Source of the DNA: Nitrospira sp.
GTDB taxonomy: Bacteria > Nitrospirota > Nitrospiria > Nitrospirales > Nitrospiraceae
Assembly (NCBI GenBank): GCA_047150005.1
Contig: AP038806.1
Location: 1,408,001-1,472,000 of the forward strand
Length of the DNA: 64,000 nucleotides
Reading direction: 5' to 3'
The translations under genes and the position numbers were made by a program. The notes beneath the pieces are model-generated. The model ran no database searches. It saw nothing but the letters and a program-made list of their open reading frames with translations, and had not been told where the DNA came from. Position 1 is the stretch's first letter, and each line of letters opens with the position of its first letter. Below, piece after piece: positions 12,740 to 22,591 of the stretch.

Positions 12740-12816
12740 GATCCTCCTCCTTCTGACGAGCCGCCCACTCATGCTATCATGGCCTGCGGTCTTGGATATA
12801 TTGCGCCCCAAGGGAC

Positions 12817-13122
12817 ATGTCACGTGACCACTCAACGCGTTCGCCCGGCGGATTCCAGGTCCGCCACCGATCGCTCGGCTTGTATCAAGGAAGCGCGATC
12901 GAACTGGCCTTCTGGCATCCGTCGTCCGGGATGCCCGAGTATGGGCTCTATCGATTTGCCACCGAGATGCAGGCGCAGTCCTTGATCGACTTTCTCGTCT
13001 CTGCCGCCTGTGCGGAGCCGCTTGACAGGGAAGACTTGCTGATTGAGCCGTTCGACCTGGCCGAGCACGAACGACTCGTCGCCGAATATCCGTTGCCGTC
13101 CGCCTGGGAACAGCCGCTTTGA
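12817..13122 (+). CDS. Hypothetical protein (101 aa)
   Basis: ORF fills the gap divergent from lemA, has protein-like composition and a TATCAT -10-like element upstream. Confidence 0.55.
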   Translation: MSRDHSTRSPGGFQVRHRSLGLYQGSAIELAFWHPSSGMPEYGLYRFATEMQAQSLIDFLVSAACAEPLDREDLLIEPFDLAEHERLVAEYPLPSAWEQPL

Positions 13123-13209
13123 ATCGAGAAGCGTCCCTCGTGAAAGGTATCTTAAGGGGTGTCGAAACAGATCGACTTCGATGTGAAGTGAAGAGTCAGC
13201 CCTCTTGGC

Positions 13210-13728
13210 CTAACTGGCGGCCCGCAGTTTGGGAGCGAGCCGGCCATGGTTTTCCATGGTGCGGGATTGCACGAACGCCAGCAAGCGTTTGTTCTCCTGA
13301 GCGGCCCGTAGAAACTTGAACGCAATGCCTCTCTGGCTGACCGATCGGACCATGGCCGCCACTTCCAACGGCGGTTCATCCTGGTCGGTCGTGATCTCCA
13401 GATAAAAGATATCGTCCACATGAACCTGCGTGTCGCTCTTGATGATGCACCCGCCGACCGAGAGGTCCATCACAATGCCCTCACCGCGCACTTTGCCTCC
13501 GGAAAACGACAGATAGAGGCGAACCGGAATTCGGAGATGCTGGCGTCGCTCGACCTTTCGCGCGGGGAGAGCCAGGCCGATCCGGGAGGCCATGAATCGA
13601 CAACTGCAATGCTGGCAGCTGAAGGGGGACATCATCAACAGCGCCGCGACTCGCTCGCCGGCCGAAACCGGCTGCGCACGCAAGACGTGTTCTTGACGGC
13701 ACTGCGGGCACTGGAGGAGGCGGGCCAT
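13210..13728 (-). CDS. Zinc-ribbon + PilZ domain protein
   Basis: CPQC...CQHC followed by PilZ motifs RQHLR and DLSVGG. Confidence 0.85.
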   Translation of the reverse strand: MARLLQCPQCRQEHVLRAQPVSAGERVAALLMMSPFSCQHCSCRFMASRIGLALPARKVERRQHLRIPVRLYLSFSGGKVRGEGIVMDLSVGGCIIKSDTQVHVDDIFYLEITTDQDEPPLEVAAMVRSVSQRGIAFKFLRAAQENKRLLAFVQSRTMENHGRLAPKLRAAS

Positions 13729-13866
13729 GGCGTCGTCGGGTGTGATCCACGTCCGGCTTGTTTGATCGGGGACTGTCTTGAGACCATCGATAAGGCAACT
13801 CCCCGGTCCTGTCAACAAAACAGCGCTTTTCCCGGGAGACCCGTCCGGCGAGGGCGCCGACCGCGC

Positions 13867-14658
13867 CTAGTGAAACTCCGCGTGGGGGTCGGCCGGCACA
13901 CCGGTGAGGGGACCGGGTTCGGCGATCGTCGATCGGAGGAATTCCCGATTGAACGTGGCGATGAAATGCACACTGATCGATTTCGGACAGACGGCTTCGC
14001 ACTCGTATTGGTTGCCGCAGGAGCCGAATCCCTCTCGATCCATGGCCCTCATCATCGCATCGGCGCGCCTGGCCCGTTCCGGTTCACCCTGGGGCAGATG
14101 AGCCAAGTGGGATACCTTTGCCGCGACGAACAACATGGCCGACGCATTCCGACAGGCGGCCACGCAGGCGCCGCAGCCGATGCAGGAGGCGGCATCCATC
14201 GCCGTTTCCGCCCGATCCTTGCCGATGAGAATGGTATTGCCGTCGACCGCGCCTCCGGTGTTCGAAGAAACATAACCGCCCGCCTGCATGATGCGATCCA
14301 AAGCCCGACGATCCACGATCAAATCCCTGATCACGGGAAATGCCTTGGCGCGCCAGGGTTCGATGGTGAGGACCGTCTCGTCGGCGAACCGGCGCATATA
14401 GAGTTGGCAGGTGGCGACGCCTCGGTCGGGACCGTGAGGTATACCGTTGATGACGAGGGAACAGGCCCCACAGATGCCTTCGCGACAATCCGATTCAAAG
14501 GCGATCGGCTCCTCGCCGTTCAGAATCAGCCGCTGATTGATCACATCCAGCATTTCGAGGAACGACATGGCGGGACTGATATCGGTGGCCGGATACGTCA
14601 TGAACGCGCCCTCGTCGTTCGGGCCCCGTTGCCGCCACACATTCAAGGTAAAGTGCAT
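13867..14658 (-). CDS. sdhB: Succinate dehydrogenase/fumarate reductase Fe-S subunit
   Basis: [20 protein letters not shown] and [12 protein letters not shown] cluster motifs. Confidence 0.95.
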   Translation of the reverse strand: MHFTLNVWRQRGPNDEGAFMTYPATDISPAMSFLEMLDVINQRLILNGEEPIAFESDCREGICGACSLVINGIPHGPDRGVATCQLYMRRFADETVLTIEPWRAKAFPVIRDLIVDRRALDRIMQAGGYVSSNTGGAVDGNTILIGKDRAETAMDAASCIGCGACVAACRNASAMLFVAAKVSHLAHLPQGEPERARRADAMMRAMDREGFGSCGNQYECEAVCPKSISVHFIATFNREFLRSTIAEPGPLTGVPADPHAEFH

Positions 14659-14686
14659 GGTTCGCGCGATCCTGTCTCAGGCCCCT

Positions 14687-16600
14687 CTATTGATAACTCC
14701 GCATGCCCGGTTGGACGAACTCAAAGGTCAGCGGCTCCTTGTGCAGGGTTGGCGTCCCGTTGGGCTGATATTCCCACGCGGCGACAAAGGCGAACCGTCC
14801 GTCGTCACGAATCGGCTCTCCGTCGGCGGTTTGGTGCTCCTCGCGGAAATGCGCACCACAGGATTCTTCGCGGTACAGCGCGTCATGGCACAGCAACTCC
14901 GCGAAATCCAGGAAGTCCGCCACCCTGCCCGCATACTCCAATTGCTGATTGAATGTCTCGCCCGAACCAGGGATGGCCACCTGACGCCAGAAATCGTGCC
15001 GTAGCGGTGGGATGGTCTGCAAGGCGTGATGGAGCCCGGAGCGATGGCGTGCCATTCCGCACGCGTTCCACATGATGTGGCCGAGCGCGCGATGAAACGA
15101 GGCCGCCGTGCGCTTGCCGTTGCCCTCGAGCAGTTTCGCCGAGCGGGCGTTCACACGCTCCATCGCCGCCCGAGCGTCCGGATGGTCGGGCACAATCGGC
15201 TCGTTCTTGGTCGTGGCCAGATAGTGTCCAATCGTATACGGCAGAATGAAGTATCCGTCGGCCAACCCCTGCATCAATGAGCTGGCTCCCAATCGATTGG
15301 CTCCGTGATCGGCGAAATTGGCCTCGCCGACGACAAAGAGACCCGGGATGGTACTCATGAGATTGTAATCCACCCACAGGCCCCCCATCGTATAGTGCGG
15401 CGCCGGGTAGATCCGCATCGGAACTTTATACGCATCTTCTCCCGTAATGCGCTGATACATCTCGAACAGATTCCCGTAACGTTCCCGAACCAGTCCAAGG
15501 CCCTCCCGCTCGATCACCTCGGCAAAATCGAGATACACGCCGTGACCGCCCGGTCCGACCCCGCAGCCCTCGTCACACACGGCCTTCACGGCGCGCGACG
15601 CCACGTCACGAGGCACGAGATTGCCGAACCGCGGGTAACGCCGCTCCAGAAAATAGTCCCGCTCAGACTCGGGAATCTCCTCAGGCGCACGCGCATCCCC
15701 CGCCCGTTGAGGCACCCACATTCTGCCGTCGTTGCGAAGCGATTCGGACATGAGCGTCAGCTTGGCCTGGTGCTCCTCGCTCGGCGGAATGGCGGTCGGG
15801 TGAATCTGAGTGAAACACGGATTGGCGAACGCGGCGCCTTGCTTCCAGGCCCGATAAGTCGCGGTGACATTGCAGCCGGTGGCATTCGTCGAAAGATAGA
15901 AGATATTGCTGTAGCCTCCGGTCGCGAGGACGACGGCCTGCGCCACATGCACGCTGAGCCGGCCGGAGATTAGATCGCGGACCACGATCCCGCAAGCGTG
16001 ACCGTCGACGACGATCAGATCCAACATTTCGGTTCGCGGATGCATGACGACCTGGCCGCGTTCAATTTGCCAACAGAGCGCCGAATAGGCACCCAGCAGC
16101 AATTGCTGACCCGTTTGCCCTCGACAATAGAAGGTGCGCGAGACCTGCACACCTCCAAATGAGCGATTGGCCAACTGCCCTCCGTATTCGCGGGCGAAGG
16201 GGACGCCCAGCGCCACGCATTGGTCGATGATCTGCGTGCTGACCTGCGCCAGTCGATACACGTTCGCTTCGCGGGAACGGAAGTCGCCGCCTTTGATGGT
16301 GTCGTAGAACAGACGGGCGATGCTGTCGCCGTCGTCCTGGTAATTCTTGGCCGCGTTGATGCCGCCCTGGGCGGCGATGCTGTGGGCGCGGCGCGGACTA
16401 TCGTGGAAGCAGAAACAGTCGACGTGGTAGCCGAGTTGGCCCAGGGTGGAGGCGGCGCTGGCACCCGCGAGCCCTGTTCCGACGACGATGACCTTGATGG
16501 CCTGCTTGTTGTTGGGGCTGACCAGTTTCTCGGTAAACCGGTGCCGGTCCCATTTTGTTTCCAGCGGGCCCGACGGCACCTTCGAGTCGAGACGGATCAT
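14687..16600 (-). CDS. sdhA: Succinate dehydrogenase/fumarate reductase flavoprotein
   Basis: [18 protein letters not shown] (FAD His), [31 protein letters not shown] overlap with the sdhC stop. Confidence 0.96.
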   Translation of the reverse strand: MIRLDSKVPSGPLETKWDRHRFTEKLVSPNNKQAIKVIVVGTGLAGASAASTLGQLGYHVDCFCFHDSPRRAHSIAAQGGINAAKNYQDDGDSIARLFYDTIKGGDFRSREANVYRLAQVSTQIIDQCVALGVPFAREYGGQLANRSFGGVQVSRTFYCRGQTGQQLLLGAYSALCWQIERGQVVMHPRTEMLDLIVVDGHACGIVVRDLISGRLSVHVAQAVVLATGGYSNIFYLSTNATGCNVTATYRAWKQGAAFANPCFTQIHPTAIPPSEEHQAKLTLMSESLRNDGRMWVPQRAGDARAPEEIPESERDYFLERRYPRFGNLVPRDVASRAVKAVCDEGCGVGPGGHGVYLDFAEVIEREGLGLVRERYGNLFEMYQRITGEDAYKVPMRIYPAPHYTMGGLWVDYNLMSTIPGLFVVGEANFADHGANRLGASSLMQGLADGYFILPYTIGHYLATTKNEPIVPDHPDARAAMERVNARSAKLLEGNGKRTAASFHRALGHIMWNACGMARHRSGLHHALQTIPPLRHDFWRQVAIPGSGETFNQQLEYAGRVADFLDFAELLCHDALYREESCGAHFREEHQTADGEPIRDDGRFAFVAAWEYQPNGTPTLHKEPLTFEFVQPGMRSYQ

Positions 16601-17283
16601 CACCGCAGAACCCCCAGTGCGATCGCCAGGACGATCGCCGAATTGCCCAGCACCACCGTTCCGGCCACGAACGGACCGGCAGCTCTGAAGACTCGATTGA
16701 GGATCGGATGCTCCAATCCCAACGTTTGCAGGCTGCTGGATACGCCATGACTCAGATGCACCGCCAGCACTCCTTGCGAGAGGAGATACAGCAGCGCGAA
16801 CCACGGAATCTGAAACGTGTGGATCATTCGGCCGTAGACGTCCCGGTGGCCCCTCGGATCGAGCCTGTCCATGAACGAGGTGTCGACGACCCCGGCCGTG
16901 AAATGCAACAGATGAAACACGATGAACAACAGAAGAAGGCTTCCGGTCAAGGCCATCGAGCGGGAGGAGAGCGATGCCTGCCGGTAGACCCGGTTTGCAT
17001 AGGCCACGGGGCGAGCCCGACGGTTTCGTATCACCAGTTGGATCGTCAATCCGATGTGCAACGCCGCGGCCAACACAAGTCCGCCCCTGGCGGACCAGAG
17101 AAAGATGGGCATTTCCTGAAGAAAGGCCGCGTAGGTGTTGAGCGCTTCCTGGCCGTCGAACACCTGCAGATTGCCGAGCATATGGAACACGACAAATCCG
17201 GCGAGCATCAGACCCGTCAGCGCGACCACGATCTTGCTGCCGAGTGAGGTGCAGAAGATGGTGAAGAACCGCGTCATCCTCAC
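16600..17283 (-). CDS. sdhC: Succinate dehydrogenase cytochrome b subunit
   Basis: Five TM helices with heme His residues (FHMLGNL, LHI, FHLLHF, HLSHG); directly upstream of sdhA. Confidence 0.92.
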   Translation of the reverse strand: MRMTRFFTIFCTSLGSKIVVALTGLMLAGFVVFHMLGNLQVFDGQEALNTYAAFLQEMPIFLWSARGGLVLAAALHIGLTIQLVIRNRRARPVAYANRVYRQASLSSRSMALTGSLLLLFIVFHLLHFTAGVVDTSFMDRLDPRGHRDVYGRMIHTFQIPWFALLYLLSQGVLAVHLSHGVSSSLQTLGLEHPILNRVFRAAGPFVAGTVVLGNSAIVLAIALGVLR

Positions 17284-18731
17284 GGTGACGGCGCTCCCTG
17301 CCCCACCTCCCCGTTGCGGATCGTCAGCGTTGAGACCGGATACCAGCGGTCCGCGCGCTTCCCGGCAATCGCCAACTCCACGGCCGCTGTTCCTCCGTCC
17401 TCGCTCAAGATTGCCACGTCAAGATGATAGCGCCCAGCCGGAAGGTCTTTCGCCAAAGTCACCACATCTTCGACCAGGATCGGTGAGCCCGGCAACCAGT
17501 TCATGAGACGGGCGCGGCTCAGCCATTGTGCCGCTACGTCGTCTTGCTCCGACCTCAAGCGATAGGCCAGCGGGCGAACATGATACATCGGAGCCACTCC
17601 GACGTTGTCCCATCGTGATTCAATGGCGACGACGCCGCCCGGACTGGTCTCGGCGGCGTGCGTCAATTCGCGAAGCACCAGCCGATATCCGAGCCGCTTT
17701 TGAAACTCGTCGATGCGCGGACGCCAGGCCTCCGGAATAGGCGAGGACTTGGCGTTCAGTACCGTAACATGCCACTCCAGTCCTTTCTGCAGAATCATGT
17801 CGAGATCGAAGCCCTTGTCGACCCAATCCTGCATGACGCCGCACACCTCGAATTGTACGGGGCCTCGCTTCCACGCCTCCGCGACGACCGGATCCCGTAG
17901 TTTGCGGGCATAGCCATGCTCCATATGGTTCCAATCGGGCCCGAAGTAGCCGAAGTCGCCAAAACAGTCCCCGCGCCAGCCGGCCCCCCGAGCAATTGCA
18001 TACGTCAGTTGGCCGCCGGCCAACATCACGAGAGGCCGGTCTGGGAAGTACTGGAAGTACCAATCGGTGATCTTGCGCTGATTGTCCTCCGTCGGATACA
18101 GCTGCTTGCATCGCGCTTCCACCCCGAAGCAACAGGCCATGTTCCATTCTCCCCAGCAACCGATCGAGCCAATGTCCACGTGATCAATATCGGGCGACCG
18201 CCCATAGCGAGCCCCGAAGGCGGCGAGTAGCTTTTCGTGATAGTCGAGAAAGACGGGATTGTTATAGTCGGGAAAAATTCCATCGGTCTCCTTGACGCTC
18301 TCGACGCCCTTATCCAGCAGCCATTGAGGCGATCCACGTTCGTACTCTGTCATGATCCGGAAAGCGAGGGTCTCCCCTTTGACCTTAGCCTGCTGGATCA
18401 CCTGATCGACAAACTCGAAGTTATAGACACCCTCGGCCGGTTCAAGGTCGGCCCAGGACCAACGGAAATAGGCGACGGTCGAGCGAGGGTATTGACTCAA
18501 CGACGGAGGATGGTCAAAGCCGAAATGAAAATCGGCGAACCCCATGCCGGGATTGTAGAGAATGTCGTCGATCTCGACCGGACGCACGGTGACCAACGGC
18601 ACGCGCGCGCTTTGCGCCTTCGCCCCGGAGACAGGCTCATCCGCTGCAACGATACCGGTCAGGGTCGCGAGCGAAAGGAAGAGACAACAGATCGTGAGGA
18701 GGGTCGGAAACGACTGCGACGTCTTCACCAT
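17280..18731 (-). CDS. Secreted DUF4832-type glycoside-hydrolase-like protein
   Basis: Signal peptide, [28 protein letters not shown] and a C-terminal beta-sandwich (WDNVGVAP). Confidence 0.75.
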   Translation of the reverse strand: MVKTSQSFPTLLTICCLFLSLATLTGIVAADEPVSGAKAQSARVPLVTVRPVEIDDILYNPGMGFADFHFGFDHPPSLSQYPRSTVAYFRWSWADLEPAEGVYNFEFVDQVIQQAKVKGETLAFRIMTEYERGSPQWLLDKGVESVKETDGIFPDYNNPVFLDYHEKLLAAFGARYGRSPDIDHVDIGSIGCWGEWNMACCFGVEARCKQLYPTEDNQRKITDWYFQYFPDRPLVMLAGGQLTYAIARGAGWRGDCFGDFGYFGPDWNHMEHGYARKLRDPVVAEAWKRGPVQFEVCGVMQDWVDKGFDLDMILQKGLEWHVTVLNAKSSPIPEAWRPRIDEFQKRLGYRLVLRELTHAAETSPGGVVAIESRWDNVGVAPMYHVRPLAYRLRSEQDDVAAQWLSRARLMNWLPGSPILVEDVVTLAKDLPAGRYHLDVAILSEDGGTAAVELAIAGKRADRWYPVSTLTIRNGEVGQGAPSP

Positions 18732-18767
18732 CGCTCCATAAAATTGGAGACTCACTTCCTCTCTCTC

Positions 18768-18796
18768 ATTGTTGTGGTCATCGCGTAAAATGTCAA
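18768..18796 (-). promoter_or_regulatory. Sigma70-type promoter for the DUF4832-sdhCAB operon
   Basis: TTGACA-17 bp-AACAAT on the minus strand. Confidence 0.6.
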
Positions 18797-20071
18797 TCAT
18801 GCCGGACCAACCGTTTGCCTGGCGATGGCACGGCCGGCCAGCGACCCGGTAGCCCAGGCCCATTGAAAATTGAACCCGCCGATCCGCCCGTCGCAGTCGA
18901 GCATCTCACCGATAAGATAGAGCCCCGAAACCAGCCTGGATTCCATCGTGCGATAGTCGACCTCTTCCAACGGAACGCCGCCGGTCGTCACCTCGGCGTG
19001 GTTCCACCCGCGGTCTCGCACAATAGGCAGCCGAAATCTGATCAGCGCGCCGACAAGACGAAGCCGGTCTTGGCGGGGGCATTGGGCCAACGGACCCAAT
19101 GGGTCGCACCCGACATGCCGGCTGATCTCCTCGGCGAAGCGTGCCGGCACACGTTGGGACAGGGTCTTCACAATGCTCCTGTGCGGCGACTGCACGGCCT
19201 GTTGCACGAACCATTGATCGACATCTTCGGGCGTCGAATCCGGCAGAAAATTGGCGAATACGTCCGCGTCTTTGCCCTGATGCCATGCCAGGGTCCAGAA
19301 GCGGCTCGCATCCATCACGACCGGACCACTGATCCCGAAATGAGTCCACAGCAGACTCCCGGTCCGCTGATCGACCCTTTTCCGTTCAATGACCGTCGTC
19401 AAACGGACGATCTGAGAGAGACCAGTGAGGTGCCGGTGAAACATGCCTTCGTCCAAGACCAGAGGAACCAGCGCCGGGCTCGTCGGCGAGATCCGGTGTC
19501 CCAACTGTTCGGCCATGACATAGCCCGTTCCATCGCTGCCGGACTTCGGAAGTGAGCGTCCTCCCGTCGCCAACACCACCTTCTTGGCGACCACGCTTCC
19601 GTGCAGATGATGCACCATGAATGCCTGGCCATCGTGCTGGTCCGGCGCTTGATCTATTCGGTTTACGCGATGCCGGCACAGAATCTCTACGCCGTGGGCC
19701 TGACAGCCGCTGACCAGGGCGCTCAAGACCGTTCGAGCCTTGTCGGTGACGGGGAACAGCTTCCCCGTTTCTTCGCGTTTGAGTTCCACGCCCAGCGACG
19801 CGAACCACGCAATGGTGTCCGGAACCGGAAACCCCGCGAGAATATTCTTGATGATCCGCCGATTTCCAAAGAAGTCGGTCGGAGCAACCGTGTGATGCGT
19901 CACATTGCAGCGTCCACCTCCCGATACCAGAATCTTCACTCCGATCGTCGCCGCTCCGTCGAGGAGCACGATGCGGTTATCGTTCGCGTGGGCTTGAGCC
20001 GCGAAGATGGCGGCCGTCAGGCCGGCCGCCCCGGCCCCGACGATGACGACGTCCGCCGTTTGCTTGTTCAT
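18797..20071 (-). CDS. HI0933/BaiN-family flavoprotein oxidoreductase
   Basis: GAGAAG, KILVSGGGRCNVT, LATGG, THFGISGP, VTTGGV, GGFNFQWAW. Confidence 0.93.
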   Translation of the reverse strand: MNKQTADVVIVGAGAAGLTAAIFAAQAHANDNRIVLLDGAATIGVKILVSGGGRCNVTHHTVAPTDFFGNRRIIKNILAGFPVPDTIAWFASLGVELKREETGKLFPVTDKARTVLSALVSGCQAHGVEILCRHRVNRIDQAPDQHDGQAFMVHHLHGSVVAKKVVLATGGRSLPKSGSDGTGYVMAEQLGHRISPTSPALVPLVLDEGMFHRHLTGLSQIVRLTTVIERKRVDQRTGSLLWTHFGISGPVVMDASRFWTLAWHQGKDADVFANFLPDSTPEDVDQWFVQQAVQSPHRSIVKTLSQRVPARFAEEISRHVGCDPLGPLAQCPRQDRLRLVGALIRFRLPIVRDRGWNHAEVTTGGVPLEEVDYRTMESRLVSGLYLIGEMLDCDGRIGGFNFQWAWATGSLAGRAIARQTVGPA

Positions 20072-20273
20072 GACCGGAGTCGCATGGGAACATGGAACGT
20101 GTTCTGAAGACGATCAGCGCATAACTATCAGCACAGCCCTGACGGCGCAAGGGCGGAAAGGGATCGAAACGATCGTCTCAAGGACGGTGGGAATCCCGAT
20201 CGGATCCGGCGAGGACCAGAATTTCTCCTGAAAATCTCCGATGATCGGTTCCCCTGTTTCGCATTAGAGGGTT

Positions 20274-20316
20274 TTAACTAACCGTTAACACCCCGTTAAT
20301 CTATTGATGCTACTGT
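20274..20316 (+). promoter_or_regulatory. Three TTAA(C/T) direct repeats at 11-bp period plus an extended -10
   Basis: TTAAC at 20274, TTAAC at 20285, TTAAT at 20296, then TGcTACTGT. Confidence 0.55.
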
Positions 20317-20353
20317 TGCGCTCGTACTCAAACCTGTTTCTGGGAGGTGGGCA

Positions 20354-20524
20354 ATGACCTGTCAAAAATGTCACGGCTTGATGATCGAGGAGTGGCGGCC
20401 TGAGTATTCAACTGACGTCACCGTGCACCGTTGCATCAATTGCGGTCTGGTACTTGATCCACTGATTGCCCAGAATCGCTCCTTAAAAGGACGAGGCAAG
20501 CAACCGATTCTCGATGCCGCTTAG
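20354..20524 (+). CDS. Small zinc-ribbon protein (56 aa), absent from the ORF track
   Basis: GGAGGTG RBS; MTCQKCHGLMIEEWRPEYSTDVTVHRCINCGLVLDPLIAQNRSLKGRGKQPILDAA with two CxxC motifs. Confidence 0.85.
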   Translation: MTCQKCHGLMIEEWRPEYSTDVTVHRCINCGLVLDPLIAQNRSLKGRGKQPILDAA

Positions 20525-20755
20525 GGTTCGTTCTGGTTCGGCTGGCTCGGACGACTTGCCGTGCCGGCTGAACAGGGCAGGCGTGGACGTCGCGCACACG
20601 ACCGGACCGAAACCTACCAGTGGTTCCGATCGGGACCACGGTTCTCGCTCGTCGCGGCCCGACGTCTACCTCTACCCTCTCTCTTCTCGCCCATCAACCC
20701 CCTGTCCCTCCTACCGTGATTTGGTCAAATGCATGACCGAAGTACGCCGTTCCTG

Positions 20756-20788
20756 AGTCGCGCGCCGACTCCCAGTCGCACCACGACT
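20756..20788. promoter_or_regulatory. Tandem AGTCG-N5-CGACT palindromes (putative operator)
   Basis: Two perfect copies at 20756-20770 and 20774-20788, just upstream of the bEBP gene. Confidence 0.45.
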
Positions 20789-20855
20789 GGTTGGAGGACG
20801 GCAGCTCTCCTATGGTAGCCTAGCGGTGACGACAGCCAAGACCCCACGAGGAGCC

Positions 20856-22277
20856 ATGAGCATCAAACCGGCGACCGATAAGGTTTTCACTATCCTGCTG
20901 GTAGAGGACAATGGCGGGGACGTGGAAGTATTCCTGCATACCGTCGAGGCAGAACTTCCCCGCGAGCAAGATGAGCAGGTCGACTTGGTGATCGCCGCGC
21001 GCGCAGAGGGTGCGATGAAGATCCTCGAAGACAGGCGGGTTGACCTGGTGATTACGGAAGTCCGGCTGCCGGGAATGAGCGGCATTGAGCTGCTGCAGCG
21101 AATTCAGGCAAGAGACCGCAGGATTCCGGTCATCGTGATCAGTCGGGTGGCCACAGTGGACACAGCCGTCGAAGCGATGCGGTGCGGAGCATTCGACTAT
21201 GTTACGAAACCGTTCGAAAAGCTGGACCTGGCGGCCAGGATTCATCGGGCGATGCGGATTTCAGAGATCTTATTCCGCTACGAGCCGCCCCAGAAGACAG
21301 AGCTTCAGACGTTCAAAGAATTAATCGGCGTGAGCCCCGCCATCCGCAACGTGACTGCCATGATCGAAGCCGCAGCGCGCGTGCAGTCCACCACCTTGAT
21401 CATTGGAGAAACCGGCACGGGGAAGGAATTGATCGCCAGAGCCATCCACGAACGAAGTACCGAGCGTGACGGTCCGTTTCAGGTCGTCGACTGCACGACC
21501 TTCTCGGAAGGAACGGTCGAAAGCGAGCTCTTCGGCCACGTGCGCGGCGCCTTTACGGGCGCCGTGGGCGACAAGCTCGGATTGATCGAACGAGGCATCG
21601 GGGGCACGCTGTTTCTCGACGAGATCGGCGACCTGCCGCTTCCGTTACAAGCCAAGTTGCTCCGGGTCCTTGAGGAAGGAGAAATGCGGGCCGTGGGGAG
21701 CGTGCAGATGAAAAAAGTCAGCGCACGCTTCATTGCGGCGACCAATCAAGAACTCACCGAGAAGGTGAAACGGAATGAATTCCGCAAGGATCTCTTCTTC
21801 CGGCTCAATGTCATGGCCATCAGGGTGCCGTCCCTGCGCGAGCGCACGCAGGATATTCCGCTCCTTGCCCGGCATTTCATCGCCCGATATACGAAGGAAT
21901 TCGGCAAGTATGTGAACGAATTGCATCCCTCTGCCGTCACGGAACTTGTGGCCTATCCTTGGCCCGGAAACGTTCGGGAGCTCCGCAATGTCATGGAACG
22001 GGCGGTGATGTTGGCCAAAGGGGATCGTATCAGTCAAGACGATGTCATCGGTCTACTACAGTTTACCGACCAAGCGAGAAGAGGCCAAGGGGACGACTAC
22101 CTCTCTCTTCCCTATGCGAAAGCGAAAGAGAAAGTACTGGAGGACTTCAGTCGCCGCTACATCAAGTCGAAACTGGACCACCACCAGGGCAATGTCACGC
22201 ATGCAGCTCAAGAAGCAGGACTCCCTCGCTCCTATTTCCACGAAATCATGAGACGATATTTGCGCGACGATAAGTAA
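20856..22277 (+). CDS. Sigma54-dependent transcriptional activator (NtrC family; REC-AAA+-Fis HTH)
   Basis: GETGTGKE, ESELFGHVRGAFTGA, FLDEIG, FRKDLFFRL, WPGNVREL and C-terminal HTH; GGAG RBS before ATG 20856. Confidence 0.96.
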   Translation: MSIKPATDKVFTILLVEDNGGDVEVFLHTVEAELPREQDEQVDLVIAARAEGAMKILEDRRVDLVITEVRLPGMSGIELLQRIQARDRRIPVIVISRVATVDTAVEAMRCGAFDYVTKPFEKLDLAARIHRAMRISEILFRYEPPQKTELQTFKELIGVSPAIRNVTAMIEAAARVQSTTLIIGETGTGKELIARAIHERSTERDGPFQVVDCTTFSEGTVESELFGHVRGAFTGAVGDKLGLIERGIGGTLFLDEIGDLPLPLQAKLLRVLEEGEMRAVGSVQMKKVSARFIAATNQELTEKVKRNEFRKDLFFRLNVMAIRVPSLRERTQDIPLLARHFIARYTKEFGKYVNELHPSAVTELVAYPWPGNVRELRNVMERAVMLAKGDRISQDDVIGLLQFTDQARRGQGDDYLSLPYAKAKEKVLEDFSRRYIKSKLDHHQGNVTHAAQEAGLPRSYFHEIMRRYLRDDK

Positions 22278-22284
22278 TTTCAGC

Positions 22285-22450
22285 TGTCATTGTTTCCTGA
22301 CACCCGACAGCACCTTTCCTTCTATCTTCGGCATTTTTCAAGCATTTCTGTCAAGATCGACCCGCTGTCAGTCTTCGCTGACACATAAATACTAATATAA
22401 ATCAGAAACTTATGTTACTCACCTCCTCTCGTCGTCAGGCTCTACTGACA
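22285..22450. promoter_or_regulatory. Three (T/C)GTCA-N8-TGACA palindromes (putative bEBP enhancer/UAS)
   Basis: 22285-22302 TGTCAttgtttccTGACA; 22366-22383 TGTCAgtcttcgcTGACA; 22433-22450 CGTCAggctctacTGACA. Confidence 0.75.
22400..22412 (+). promoter_or_regulatory. IHF-like site
   Basis: AATCAGAAACTTA matches WATCARNNNNTTR and is preceded by an AT tract. Confidence 0.5.
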
Positions 22451-22504
22451 GGACTTCCCTTTCGCTGGAATTTCTCTCAACAATCGACTCCCACGTCACG
22501 CCGA

Positions 22505-22517
22505 TAAGATATTGATT
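22505..22517 (-). promoter_or_regulatory. IHF site
   Basis: Minus strand AATCAATATCTTA matches WATCAANNNNTTR exactly and lies between the UAS and the -24/-12 element. Confidence 0.65.
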
Positions 22518-22574
22518 TTAAGACGTAAATGTCTCTCTGTTTTCTAGCGGTTCGCCTCGCATTGATGCGAGCAG

Positions 22575-22591
22575 CAGGCACAGTGCTTGTA
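22575..22591 (+). promoter_or_regulatory. Sigma54 (-24/-12) promoter of nxrAB
   Basis: CAGGCACAGTGCTTGTA versus consensus YTGGCACGNNNNTTGCW; correct GG-N10-G spacing, -12 C replaced by T. Confidence 0.65.
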
